NCBI RefSeq assembly: GCF_006345805.1
Contig: NC_043008.1
Span: forward strand, 55,614,001 to 55,678,000
Source: Octopus sinensis
Taxonomy: Eukaryota
Direction: 5' to 3'
Length of the DNA stretch: 64,000 nt
Shown here: one piece after another, positions 51,850 through 64,000 of the stretch
Layout: each line of letters begins with the position of its first letter
Numbering within the stretch: position 1 is the first letter of the stretch
Notes under the pieces: generated by a model
Databases searched by the model: none
What the model was told of the DNA's origin: nothing
What the model saw: only the letters and a program-made list of their open reading frames with translations
Made by a program: the position numbers and the translations under genes

Positions 51850-53073
51850 ATTAAGATAAACAAAGTTCTTTTTTAATTTAAAATATACTCTCCTTCATTT
51901 TCTACAATGCCCTTCACTTATCTAGTAGACTTGCAAATTCCCTCTTCCAAAATTCAATTGTCTGTGATGAAAAATACTCCTCTGACCTCATCTACAGAAT
52001 TCATATTTTTTCTGTTCATATGATTTTGAAGACTGCAGACTAAATGATAATCAGATGGGGCAATATCCGGTGAATATGGTGAGTGGAGCATCGTTTCCCA
52101 TTCAAACTGCTCCAGCCTTTGGAATGTCATCCTCCCTGTATGTGGCTGAGCATTATCCTGATGGGAGAACACCTTTTGTTTTGAAACCAAAGATGGTCGT
52201 TTTTCTTCTAGCACTGACTTAAGCCACTCAAGCTGCTCAGAGTAGATCTCCTTTGTTATCATTTGGTTTGGGTTTAAAAGTTCCAAATGGACTAAACCTT
52301 TCATATCCCACCAAACAGATAACAAAAGCTTACATGGGTGAAGACCTTTAGCCTGGGGTGCTGGTGTTTCTCCTTTCCCTACCCACTGTCTTCAGCATTT
52401 GACATTTTTATAGAGAACCCATTTCTTGTCACCAGTTACTATTTGATCCTAAAAAGGTTCATTTGTGAGATGTGACAGCAAAGAAGAGCAAACATTCACT
52501 CTCTGCTTGCGATTAGACTCGGAAGGTTTGTGAAGAATCCATTGACTCAATTTGCTGACTTTTCCAATGGCATGCAGGTGTCAATGAATGGTTGAATGAC
52601 CAAATCCAAGTTTCTCTGCTAGTTCCTCAACAGCTATCAAGGGATTTTGTTCCACCAGGGTTTGCAGGACGTCCTCGTTGAGCTCTGCAGATCTTCCAGG
52701 ACAAGGCTCGTATTCTAGGCTGCCATTTCCAGCTCAGAATTTCTGGAACCACCGTTGACACTGGCTTACGCTCATTGTCCAATCCCCATACACTGCACAT
52801 TAATATTCCTCGCACTTTACATTGTGTTGTTGCCTTTATTGGAACTCATAAAGCAAAATATGCTGAATATGCTCCTTTGTCACTTCCATTATAGCTTTGA
52901 AAAAAATAACTGCTAAAATCGAACTGCACTCTTCAAAATTTGCACTAAGAATAAGTGGACAGTAAAATTACTACCAGCTTTTAAAGCAAGCTGATGCAGG
53001 TAGTTTATCCTGTGCATCTCCAACTTTTAGTTCATGTGATTGATAAAATCTGCATTATTTATAGGATGACCCA

Positions 53074-53075
<2 letters not shown>
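51850..53075 (-). mobile_element. Mariner fossil (Hsmar1/mauritiana-like motifs)
   Basis: TIR GCATTATTTATAGGATGACCCAAT at about 53052-53075. Motifs MEVTKEHI, IVTGDKKW, LSVWWDMKG, HQDNAQPH and YSPDIAPSDYHL. Confidence 0.85.
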
Positions 53076-53110
<35 letters not shown>

Positions 53111-54135
53111 CCATCATCATCATCATTTAGCATCCGTTTTTCATGCTGGTATGGGTTGGATGGTTTGACTGAAACTGGTAAAGTGGAAAACTGCACCAGG
53201 TTCCTATCTGATTTGGCATGATTTTCTACTGTTGGATACCCTTCCTAATGCCAACTACTCCAAGGGTGCCAGTTATGTGACACTGGCAACTATGCTTTCA
53301 CTTGGCTTGACGAGTCAGTGTTATTTGTCATTTGTTTCCAGTCTTTTGTGAAAAATTGTCTGGCCACAGGGAAATATTAACTTGTATGGAAACAGGCAAG
53401 TGTTGGTGACTGGAAAGGCATCTGGATGAAGCAAATGTACTGCACACGAATTCCATCTAACCCATGGAAGCATGGAAAAGTGGATGCTGAAACAATAACG
53501 ACAGTGATAGCGATGATGATGGCAGTGATGGTGGTGATTGTAGTGGTGATGATGACGACGATGATGGTGGTGGTGGTGGTGATAATGATGATGCTGATGA
53601 TGGCAATGATGATAACAGCGATGACAATGATGAGAATAACAATGGCACCAACAACAGTGATCTTGGCATCCCTAAATTCCTAAATTGCGAAGAATCTCTT
53701 GGAACATGAGGCAGATAAAAAAAAAGTATCTTTTTTAAATTAACGAAATGTGTTCAGTTACAATTAACTTTTGTTTTTAATTACTGTTGAAACACTTGTA
53801 GATTGTTTTTTTTTTTTTTTTTTAATTGAAACAGTCTCTACACTAAGACTTTTTGTGTTTACAAACACATAATAGAAAGTTGCTGAATTCTTGTTTTACT
53901 GTAAAAAAAAAAATTACTTCATAATAATAACTAAACAGAAATCTTTCTCTCTAATGCTTTATTTTTACAGTATATACTCTTAGATTTATACCATCAGTTC
54001 TCTCCAATTCATTGACAACGTGCATCACAATTAAAATAGCTCTAGGAAAAGACTAGCTATTAAAATAAGTTGCCAGTGATTTTAGACTTAAAAAGATTAA
54101 GACCCGTTTCAAACCGGGTTTACTATGAGAACAGC

Positions 54136-54245
54136 AATAACATACTCCTTCCATTGTAGGCATTGTACTGCGTTGCCAGCAGCTGCAGGCTTGGATTTGT
54201 TCAGCTGAGTGGCATTCAATAGGTTTTTTTTAAAATGCATATTGA
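54136..54245 (-). other. Candidate 110-nt host exon
   Basis: Branch-like TTACTAAT...GGCAG acceptor, open frame SEEINMHFKKNLLNATQLNKSKPAAAGNAVQCLQWK, and GTATGT donor. Confidence 0.3.
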
Positions 54246-54439
54246 TTTCTTCAGACTGCCATTGAAATTAGTAAACATAAACTTCAGAAAATGACATAAC
54301 TGCGGAGGAGTTTTTATTCGTTGGAGCAGAACAGATGTGGCTGTGTGGTTAAGAAGTTTGCTTCCCGATCATGTGGTCTTGAGTTCAGTCCCACTGCGCA
54401 GCACTCTTCTGGTATAGTAGAAGACTCAGGTTTTTTGGG

Positions 54440-54880
54440 GTTTTTTTTTAGGTCTGGTACTTATTTTATCGATCTCTTTTATTGATCTTTATCTTTAGGA
54501 GGATGTAAACAAACCAACACCAGTTGCCAACTAGTGATGGTGGGAGACAAGCACAAAGACACATACACACATATACACACATGCATACATACATACTCAC
54601 ATACATACATACATACATACATACATACATACATACATTCATGCATACATGCATACATGCATACATACATACATACATACATACATACATACACATACAT
54701 TCATACATACATACATACATACACACATACATACATACATACACAGTTTCCATCAACCAGATTCACTCACAAGGCATTGGTTGGCTCAGTGCTGTGGTAG
54801 AAGACACTTACCCAAGATGCCACACAGCTCAACTAAGACCAAAACTATATAGTTACAAAGTAAATTTATACACACAGCCA
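54440..54880 (-). mobile_element. Family A with an expanded (TACA)n tract
   Basis: Reverse-complement body and head. Confidence 0.75.
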
Positions 54881-55561
54881 TGCTTATGCAAAAACAAAAA
54901 CACTAACAATGATAATCGGTCGACTTCGCCTTTCATCCTTCCGGGGTCGATTAAATAAGTACCAGTTACGCACTGGGGTTGATGTAATCAACTTAACCCT
55001 TTTGTCTGTCTTTGTTTGTCCCCTCTGTGTTTAGCCCCTTGTGGGCAATAAAGAAATTAAAAAATGATAATAGTCACAGCTAAAATAACTTTCACCATAT
55101 CACTGCTCAATCAGGTCTGACCTAGGGTTAAATTACAATAGCCGTAACTTAAATATATACCTATATATATATGAGTTGATACAGATGACTTATGCTACCA
55201 TTGAAATAATTATAAAGAAATAATGAAATAATAAAGTAGAGTTCCACAAGCTGGTTTCTCACACAAAGTAATGAGTTAAACATCTGCTCCAGATATTTCA
55301 AGACATTCTGTTCTGTATTGGATCAGTTAATGAAGAAGCAGGCGGCAATAGGCACCAAAACTTCTAAGAAAATTTACTTGAGTGATGATTGATTTTATTG
55401 TCACTGAACATCCTTCCTTCATTGATTGATCAATGAAATAAATATTAATTATACTCTACAGTTGACTTATACAGGCATCATAGACGCAAGCACATATACA
55501 TATATCGTGTGTGCGTGTGGCAAATTTATCCATACTCACATATATTATATACATATAGGTG

Positions 55562-55968
55562 TAGGAGTGGCTGTGTGGTAAGTAGCTTGTTTACCAACCA
55601 CATGGCTCCGGGTTCAGTCCCACTGCGTGGCACTTTGGGCAAGTGTCTTCTACTATAGCCTCGGGCCGACCAAAGCCTTGTGAGTGGATTTGGTAGACGG
55701 AAACTGAAAGAAGCCCGTCGTATATATGTATATATATATATGCGTGTGTGTGTTTGTGTGTCTGTGTTTGTCCCCCTAGCATTGCTTGACAACCGATGCT
55801 GGTGTGTTAATGTCCCCGTTACTTAGCGGTTCGGCAAAAGAGACCGATAGAATAAGTACTGGGTTTACAAAAAGAATAAGTCCTGGGGTCGAGTTGCTTG
55901 ATTAAAAGGCAGTGCTCCAGTATGGCCCCGGTCAGATGACTGAAACAAGTAAAAGAGTAAAAGAGTAT
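55562..55968 (+). mobile_element. SINE family A, full length, young
   Basis: Nearly identical to 327-720. Confidence 0.92.
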
Positions 55969-56309
55969 ATATATATATATATGTGTATGTGTGTGTGTGT
56001 GTGTGTGTGTACATATGTGAGTGCATAGAAAAAATCTATATGTGTTTGTGTGTGTGTATGAACTGGAGAAATGCGTGCTCCAGGAATTGAGACATCATCG
56101 TTATCATCATCATTTAACGTCCACTGTCCATGCCAGCATGGGCTGTGTCCACATGGCATAACAAGCTAAAAACAGGGTGATAGAATGAGAGAAAAAATAA
56201 GAAAAGGCAAGAAGGAAATAGATGTAAAAGGTGGAAGGTTGAAAAACCAGATAACAAAAACGAAAACAGAAAGAAGCAAAACGGGGGGAATAAGAGTAAT
56301 GTTGCCTTT

Positions 56310-56750
56310 GACTACAAATTCATAAGGCTGAAAGGATAGTTATGGTGGATTGTTAGTGCATTTTGCAGAAGGCAGCAAAAGATCATAGGAATAATGATAT
56401 AACTAATAAAATCATCATTGCCAGATTCAAAATGGTTTAATAGTTAATTTTCTTGGTTTACTTTATGTGTGATGTATTTGTGTGTTGAATTTCAGAATAA
56501 CATTACCGCAAATTTATTTTACCAAGATCAAAGTAGGGAGCAAAAGAGAACTCCACAAAAATTACAGCTGTTTAGGAACTCCATTGGATAATTATATAGA
56601 CCATCTTTTGCATTGCAGGAATCAATATTTTTATAAGTAACTGCTTCTCCGGCAAATATTTGATAATTTCCTCATTTAAAGAATCAATAATAACACTGGT
56701 AGGGGTGTAGTATTTCTCAATCTGTGAAGTTTGCAGGATCAAACAGGCTG
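56310..56750 (-). pseudogene. Helitron PIF1-type helicase fossil
   Basis: IIDSLNEEIIKYLPGEAVTYKNID...YPMEFLNS and a decayed LSF(AMTINKSQG)-like motif. Confidence 0.7.
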
Positions 56751-57199
56751 CCAAAAAGCTTGGTTTATTTTTCTTTTATGCTCATTTAATGCCACCTCAA
56801 CATTATTTGGAACCTCAATCTTGCTAGTAGAGTTGTGTTGTTCACCACTCTTCCCAACATGAATTAAAAAATTTTAAAAAATAGCCTAATCACAGATCTT
56901 TTGATTCTGCAGTTACATATTTATAGTTTGTTTTTTTTTTTCTATGAGAAAACCTAGATATCCTCTGCCAAAAGTAACTTCCAGTAAGCATGATTGTCCA
57001 TTGCAGTGGGAGAGTAGGTGACAACTGTAGAAGTTGGGTAACACTGGGGAGGAGTGGTGGATGTAGTAGATGGTAGATAAAGGATGGAGTGTGTCCAATG
57101 ATACATATGAGTTGGGAGATATATACTTTTGTATATGAACACTAACACTCACAAACACACACACATACACAAGCACACGCACACAAACACACACACACA

Positions 57200-57785
57200 C
57201 ATCTTTTATCTTTTACTTGCTTCAGTTATTGGACTGTGGCAATACAGGGATACCACCTTGAAGAATTTTTAGTTGAATGCATCGACCCCATTTTTTTAAA
57301 GCCTGGTACTTATTCAATCAGTCTCTTTTGTCAAACCACTAAGTTACAGGAACATAAACAAACCAACACGAGTCGTCAAGCAGTGGTAGGGCAAAACATA
57401 TGCACAAAGCCACACAAACACATACACAATTTTATATACAATGGGCTTCTTTCTGTTTCCATCTACCAAATCCACTCACAGGGCTTTGGTTGGTCCAAGG
57501 CTATAGCAGAAGACACTGAGGTGCCATGTAGTAGAATTGAACTTGCAACTATGTGGTTGGGAAGCAAGCTTCTTATCACATGCCTGTGGTTATGTATATC
57601 ATCCTCATCACCGTTCAATGTCCGTTTTCCATGCTGGCATGGGTTGGATGGTTTGACTGGGGACTGGCAAGCCAGTAGGGTGCACCAGGCTCCAATCTGA
57701 TCTGGCAAGGTTTCTACAGCTGGATGCCCTTCCTAATGCCAACCACTCCAAGAGTGTAGTGGGTGCTTTTTACATGCCACCGGCA
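57200..57785 (-). mobile_element. Family A followed by a family B 3' end
   Basis: Both match window consensus sequences. Confidence 0.8.
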
Positions 57786-57789
57786 CTTT

Positions 57790-58095
57790 CATATTAAGGG
57801 CTTTGCGTCTACTCTACAGATCACTAGTTGAGCTCTACAGACTAATAGTTGAGCTCCAACCAGCTGCTGACCTCCTCAAAGATCATTGGATAATTGGCAT
57901 AGATTTACAATCAACCCACAACAATTGCTGTCCTTCTCAAGTGCTGCTTCCCCTCCATCACTCTCTTTTACCACAGCTATAACAGATGCAGTTCCTTTGA
58001 TCAAACAAGCTACATACAACTTCCACTAAAATTTACCCAATTCAACACCACACCTGCTCTTTGTCACTCCTACTTTGCCACACTTCTTGAGACTC
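57790..58095 (+). pseudogene. CR1/L2-like LINE 3' fragment
   Basis: SLFYHSYNRCSS...LPLKF resembles the SLFYRYY.G.CS.EL C-terminus. Confidence 0.45.
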
Positions 58096-58099
58096 TCTC

Positions 58100-59815
58100 T
58101 CCCTCTTTTACTCTTTTACTCTTTTACTTGTTTCAGTCATTTGACTATGGCTATGCTCGAGCACCACCTTTAGTCGATCGACCAAATCGACCCCAGGACT
58201 TATTCTTTGTAAGCCTAGTACTTATTCTATCGGTCTCTTTTGCCGAACCACTAAGTTACGGGGACGTACGAGGGGCGTTCAATAAGTAATGCCCCTGACC
58301 CACTTTCCATAGCAGTAGAGCAACAAGACTTGGCAAAGTTATTAGTCTTTTTCTACATAGGAACCACCCAGAGTTACGCATTTCTCCCATCGTTTGATGC
58401 AGCTCTGGAGACCGTTTTTGTAGAAGACCCCAGCATGGTCCTCCAACCACGACATGACTTCAGAAATCAAGGCTGCATCATCTGAGAAACGCTTTCCTTT
58501 CAAAAACAACTTCATGGCTGGGAAGAGGTGAAAATCAGAGGGTGCGAGGTCAGGAGAGTAGGGGGATGGGGGAGGAGTTCATAGCCGCACACCTGTGCTT
58601 CTGATCTGGCGACACGTGAGTTGTGGTCCGGAGCGTTGACCTGCAAGAGGAGGATGCCTTTGCTGATCTTGCCCCGCCTCTTGATTTTGATAGCTTCTCT
58701 TAATTTCCTCAAAAGTGAAGCATAATAGGCTCCTGTAATTGTGGTACCCTTTGCCAGGAAATCTGTCATCACTACTCCGTCCTGGTCCCAGAAGACTGTG
58801 AGTATGACCTTGCCAGCGGAGGGCTGCACCCTTGCCTTCTTTGGAGGAGGTGAGTCACAGAGCTTCCACTGCATTGACTGGGCTTTGGTCTCTGGATCAT
58901 AGTGATGGATCCAGGTTTCATCCTGTGTAATCAGTCTTTTGAAAAAGTTTTACCCATCTTCTTGGCACATCTCCAAATTCATCCTCGAGCACTCGATGCG
59001 TTCTTGCTTCTGGAAAGGTGTGAGCAACCTGGGAATCCATCTGGCAGACACCTTTTGCATATACAAATGGTCATGAATGATAGTTTCCACAGACCCGGTA
59101 CTAATCTTGACCTCATGGGCTATTTGGCGAATAGTTATGCGTCGATCTTCCAAAATGGCAGCCTCAACTTGACGGACAGATACCTCATCAATGGCAGAAG
59201 GGGACGACCAGATCTGGGAGCTGTTTCCACAGAGTTCCGACCATGTTTGAATTCACGATGCCAGCGTTTTACAAGGTCATATGATGGGGCATCATCACCA
59301 TAAGTTACTTTCATTTCATCAAAAGTCTCCCGTGGTGTGCATCCTTTCAAATACAAAAACCGGATCACTGCTCGACACTCAACAGGCTCCATTTCACACT
59401 TGACTCAGTTAAAACACCTGTAAATCAGAAACCACAATTAGTTCAGAGCTGTAATTTTCCACTTAATCTATAGAGATATAAATAATTGCACATGCAAACT
59501 TTCAGCTAGATCAAACAACTGCAAGCGGGTCAGAGGCATTACTTATTGAACGCCCCTTGTAAACACACCAGCATCAGTTGTCAAGCGATGTTGGGGGAAC
59601 AAACACAGACACACAAACATATACACACACATACATATAGATATATATATACATATATGCAATGGGCTTCTTTCCGTTTCCATCTACCAAATCCACTCAC
59701 AAGGCTTTGGTCGGCCCGAGGCTATAGTACAAGACACTTGCCCAAGGTGCTACGCAGTGGGACTGAATCTGGAACCATGTGGTTAGTAAGCAAGCTACTT
59801 ACCACACAGCCACTC
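58100..59815 (-). mobile_element. Family A SINE split by a mariner (58100-58268 and 59560-59815)
   Basis: Consensus GGGGACG-TA-AACACACCAGC is restored on removing the mariner. Confidence 0.92.
58269..59559 (-). mobile_element. Full-length 1291-bp mariner (irritans/Himar1-like, DD34D); transposase pseudogene at 59392-58342
   Basis: TA TSDs and TIRs CGAGGGGCGTTCAATAAGTAATGCCCCTGACCC. Motifs WIPRLL, TQDETW, LTVFWD and YSPDLAPSD. Two 1-nt frameshifts, one stop and a catalytic D2 to V change. Confidence 0.97.
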
Positions 59816-60644
59816 CAACACTAAATACTATTATACTTTTTTGTTTCTCTCTGAAACAAAGGCCTTTTGGATCATCCCCACTGACCAACTTTTTTCTCTT
59901 TTTCCCCACAGGTTTCAATCTCAAAGAATTTTAAATAGAACCACATCACCATCAACAAGTAGTATGTTAGTAGATTCATTCGAGCATTGGCTAAAATGGT
60001 CTTGAAATATTTGGTTATTGAAATTCTCGACGTTTTGGATAGAATTCAAGAACCATTAGATTTAACTGCCAAACATCTTTATAGTTATGTTGCTCATTTA
60101 TTTTCCTAGCTTCAACTCTCAATATTTTTTCTTATTTTCTTGACCACCAGCCTCGCTATTGACCATTCATCTATTGACGAAATCATCACACTTTTATTTC
60201 TTATTGGCTTTTATCTGTCATATACCTCACTTAGTTTCATTGTGTGATGAAAGTGGCTGAGGTCAACTTTATCTTTCATCCTCTTAAGGTCAGTTAATAA
60301 AATAAAGAAAGTATCAGGCAAGCACTGAGGTCAATTGTATATACATATAAAGCATCATAAATGTGAATGAAATCATAATAAAAGACAAATATTATTCCTC
60401 AAAGAGACCATGCAAAGGTCTCAAGCACTTTCCTATTTCCTTCAACTAGATAATTCTTTTTACTATAAAGTGCAAGACCTGAAATTATGAGGGAAGGGGC
60501 ATAGTTGATAATATCGACCCTGTTGTTTGACTAGCATTTATTTGATTGATCTTAAAAGGATGGAAAGAAAAAGTCAACCTCTGAGAGATTTGAACTTAGA
60601 AAGTAAAACCAGATGAAATGCTTCTGACTATTTTGTCAAACATA

Positions 60645-61195
60645 CTCGTTACTCTTTTACCTATTTCAGTCATTTGACTGTGGCCATGCTGGAGTACTGC
60701 CTTTTGTCAAGCAAATTGACCCCAGGACTTACTCTTTGGAAGCCTAGTACTTATTCTATCGGTCTCTTTTGCCGAACCACTAAGTTACGGGGACATAAAC
60801 ACACCACCATCGTCAAGCAACGATGAGGGACAAAGACACACAAACATACACACACACACACATACACACACACACACACATATATACATAACGGGAAGGT
60901 TTACAAAAATAAACAAAAGATGAAGGCAGGTGGAGTACAAACAAACAAATAAATGTATTAGTATGGCGCTCAGGAATACAAATAGAACAAGTCTTTTATG
61001 TTTCGAGCCTACGCTCTTCGACAGAAAGATACACAGAAAAGAAACAAGGAGAGAAAAAAATGCGTGTAGGAGCTAACGGTCCTGGGCTTCTTTCAGTTTC
61101 CATATACCAAATCCACTCACAAGGCTTTGGTCAGCCTGAGGCTATAGTAGAAGACACTTGCCCAAGGTGCCACGCAGTGGGAATGAACCTGGAAC
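60645..61195 (-). mobile_element. Family A SINE carrying a 190-bp insert
   Basis: Family A tail and body, insert at 60893-61082, then family A head. Confidence 0.85.
60893..61082 (-). mobile_element. HHR-bearing repeat (family H2) with motif at 60992-61029
   Basis: UCUUU-CUGUCGA-A-GAGC-GUAG-GCUC-GAAAC-AU-A-AAAGA. It shares stem II and the downstream UCCUGAGCG motif with family H1. Confidence 0.75.
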
Positions 61196-61373
61196 CAGCA
61201 GGGGCTGGTTATGAGAAACTGGTGTAGGCTACAGCCGTGAACTCACATTTTTTGCCGGGTCTTTGCAGTCACAACATATCTCCAGAGGTCTTGGTCTTTC
61301 GTCATTGCCTCTGTGAGGCCCAACGTTCGAAGTTCGTGCTTCACCACCTCATCCCATGTCTTCCTGAGGAAGG

Positions 61374-62044
61374 ATTAAAAATTATACGCCCTCTCGTTTT
61401 TTTCAATGTATTTACACAAAAGCAAGAGATAAACAAGTACATCATTTTTCTATATAGTCTCCTTCCTTTTCGATGTACTTGGTCCAGCAGTCCACAAGTT
61501 TGTGTATTCCCTTCAAGAAGGTTGTCACTTAGTTGTGCAACCATTTATGCACCACTTGGATGATTTAATAGGATTTGATATGCAGAACTATGACTAATTT
61601 ACAGAGAACGAGCTACCTCATCAAAGATAACTCACCGGTTCACCATTACCATCTCTCAAGCTTGCTGAATCTTCTTGTCCGTGGTGGAAGTTGATGGGTG
61701 TCCTGCTCCCTCTTCATGCATCATGCTTGTCCAACCACTCATACACACTTCTGCACAGTAGTGCACTGACCCCATATTGTGCTAAAAGCCTCCAATGAAT
61801 TTCAGCACCTGACACACCTTCAGACCAGAGAAATCAGATCACTGCTCTTTGTTCTCTGAAGGACATTGGTAGTGGAGTGGCCATGATTACACTGTAAAAC
61901 CAGAAAGAAAAATGGCAAGATCAGGCTCAAACTTTGATCATGTGACCACGATAGTACTAACTATAAACATGCATACTCAAAAGACAGTGTGACAATAATA
62001 AAGATATGTTATGGTGAAAGTGAATAATTTTTGACTTCCCCTTG
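61374..62044 (-). mobile_element. Internally deleted mariner
   Basis: TIR (TA)CAAGGGGAAGTCAAAAATTAT. N-terminus EQRAVI*FLWSEGVSGAEIH...EEGAGHPSTS joined to C-terminus GIHKLVDCWTKYIEKEGDYIEK*. Confidence 0.8.
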
Positions 62045-62069
62045 TATGTATATGTATACATATATATAC

Positions 62070-62272
62070 AGTTAATCCAAAAAAGAAAGCACAAAAACAC
62101 AACAATGTGAGGACGTGGAACAAATATAATATTATTGGATGCTCAGGAAAGAAGGAAAGAAGGAGGGTTTAACGTATTGAGTGGAGCTCTTCGTCGGAAA
62201 CATAGGAGAAAGAAAGATCCAGAGAAGGGAAGACAGAGGAAAAAAAATCACCAACGGTACACACGCGGTCAC
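62070..62272 (-). mobile_element. HHR-bearing repeat (family H1), decayed motif at 62167-62201
   Basis: GUUU-CCGACGA-A-GAGC-UCC-ACUC-AAUAC-GU-U-AAAC; homologous to 21333-21535; abuts a TA tract and a family A head. Confidence 0.8.
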
Positions 62273-62409
62273 TTCTTTCAGTTTCTGTCTACCAAATCCA
62301 TCCACAAGGCTTTGGTTGGCTTGAGGCTATAACAGAAGACACTTGCTCAAGGTGTCACACAGTGGGACTGAACCTGGAACCATATGGTTGAGAAGCAAGC
62401 TTGTGTCAT

Positions 62410-63400
62410 TTGATATTACCTTCAAAGCTCCAATGATCACAGGTACAGTTGCCATTCTTAGATGCTACATTTTTGACATCTCTGTTTCAAGATCCTTGTA
62501 TTCACTTAACTTTTTAAATGGTAGTTGTGGGATGACGTCAGCAGCTGGGGAGCTGACTGGAACTTGGGGCTGACTGGAAGAGGAAGGGGCAGGAGTGACA
62601 TGCACGCAGGCAGGGGAGCATTGGGTCTTTTCGATCAGGGTAGCTGACAGAGCTGGACGTGTGAGCACTTTGTCAAGGTAGGGGAAAAGCAGCTGCTATT
62701 TTTAGCGTTCGGGTTGGGCCATGTGAAAGGGTGCATTACCGCTGGAGAGGTCTGCATCAAAGAAGAGAAGGTAGGTGCCCTTATTTCAAATCTCCCGCAT
62801 ACACCACAGTAGTTTCTGCTGGGCATACACTGATCCTCAGCTACTCTAACGAAGCCCTCTGTTTCTGATTTAAGTTTAAATGCACTGACCATTGATAAGT
62901 CACATGTATATCAATTATAGGTCGCTAGCCCTTGTAGGGTACTTCCCATATGATTCCTTAGTTTTCCATCTATTATACAACCCTGAGATTCCATTTGATT
63001 TGGTTTGTGTTTTTATTTGTTTTGTTTTCATGGTGGATTCTTCTGCTTCATCTTGTTGTGTCTCAGTCTTGTTGATTCTTTGACATATTTCTTTGCTTCT
63101 TCTTACATTGACTACGGTTTCTTTGTACTTTCATACTTGCAGACACATTAAAGCATCCGGTCATTGGTTTTCTTTAGATAGGTATCTAACCCTATGGATT
63201 TTGTCTTTGGAGACAGTTGCAGCTGCATCAGCCCACATACTCCATCCTTTTATAGGATGTGTAAGTCTCTCAACATCTGCCTTTGGACTATTGCAGTTCA
63301 ATCCACTCAAGCATTCAGGTCACATCATCAGTTTGAAGACACCTTCTTGCTTTCCTTCCATACCAATCTCAGAAGCCCCAGATAAAAATAAAAGGAATGT
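62410..63400 (-). pseudogene. Possible decayed LINE ORF1 (gag-like zinc knuckle) remnant
   Basis: GC-richer unique sequence with fragments KPMTGCFN, KEICQR and WEVPYK followed by a Ser/Pro-rich tail; many stops. Confidence 0.35.
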
Positions 63401-63769
63401 TTTCCCCTTTTTGACTAAACTGTCAAAAGATAAGAGAGAATTAAAAATCAAAGAAAATACATAAAACAATTTGGAAAACATGACTTAGTGATGTGGAGGG
63501 GAAAAGTTCTAGTAAAATTATTGATTAGCATTTATTGATTGAGAACTAAAAATTAAAATGAAGGAAAAGTAAAATATAAAACAAAAAGAAAGGAGAAAAC
63601 TTCCAGAAAAGTAACAAAGAAAATAAAATAAAAAAATAGGATGAATGGTAAAAGAATTTTGTTTGTTGTGAAATTGCCAAAGCTGGCAACTGCTGTGGAA
63701 TTGGTAAGGTAAGTTTATATATCAGTGGGGTTTTTGTATAATTTCATGGAAATGGCGCTCTGACGGAAG

Positions 63770-64000
63770 CGATGATGATGACAACGATGGTGTGATGATG
63801 ATAACGATGATCACGATCATGATGAAAGCAATGATGATAATGATGGTGATGACAATGATGACAGTGACGATGGCAACAACAACGATAACAACGACGATGA
63901 TGATGATTATGATGATGATGACAATGATAACAACGATGATGATGATGATGATGAAAACAATAATGATGATGATGCTGATGATCATGATGATGATGGCAAT
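63770..64000. repeat. (GAT/AAC)n low complexity
   Basis: Direct reading. Confidence 0.95.

Noticed and set aside
56900-57130. Possible LINE coding remnant on the minus strand
   Set aside because: Similarity too weak to name without a search.
59880-60010. Strong plus-strand branch point and acceptor at 59911
   Set aside because: Only a short open frame with no recognisable product; such motifs arise by chance in pyrimidine-rich DNA.

Overview
AT-rich eukaryotic (animal) DNA that is almost entirely repeat-derived and intronic or intergenic. The SINE repertoire and the very high microsatellite load resemble an Octopus genome; that assignment is recognition from memory, not a search result. No complete host gene, rRNA, true tRNA or CRISPR array is supportable. 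Nearly all long ORFs in the supplied track are microsatellite or SINE read-throughs. The window holds dozens of tRNA-derived SINE copies (families labelled A-E here) and four mariner fossils, one full length at 58269-59559 with TA target duplications. It also holds a DD41D-type Tc1/mariner fossil split by a solo LTR, pogo, hAT and piggyBac MITEs, Helitron/Helentron derivatives with a helicase fossil, and RTE, R4/Dong, CR1-like and Penelope fragments. The most notable signal is five minimal type I hammerhead-ribozyme (HHR) motifs in three short repeat families. One sits in the 3' terminal repeat of a Penelope-like element directly after the GIY-YIG stop codon. There the ribozyme is preceded by a tRNA-like Pol III promoter (A box and B box), which suggests a Pol III-driven, self-cleaving, SINE-like Penelope pseudo-LTR. 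Three weak candidate host exons are also noted. Many SINE and fossil boundaries are approximate.
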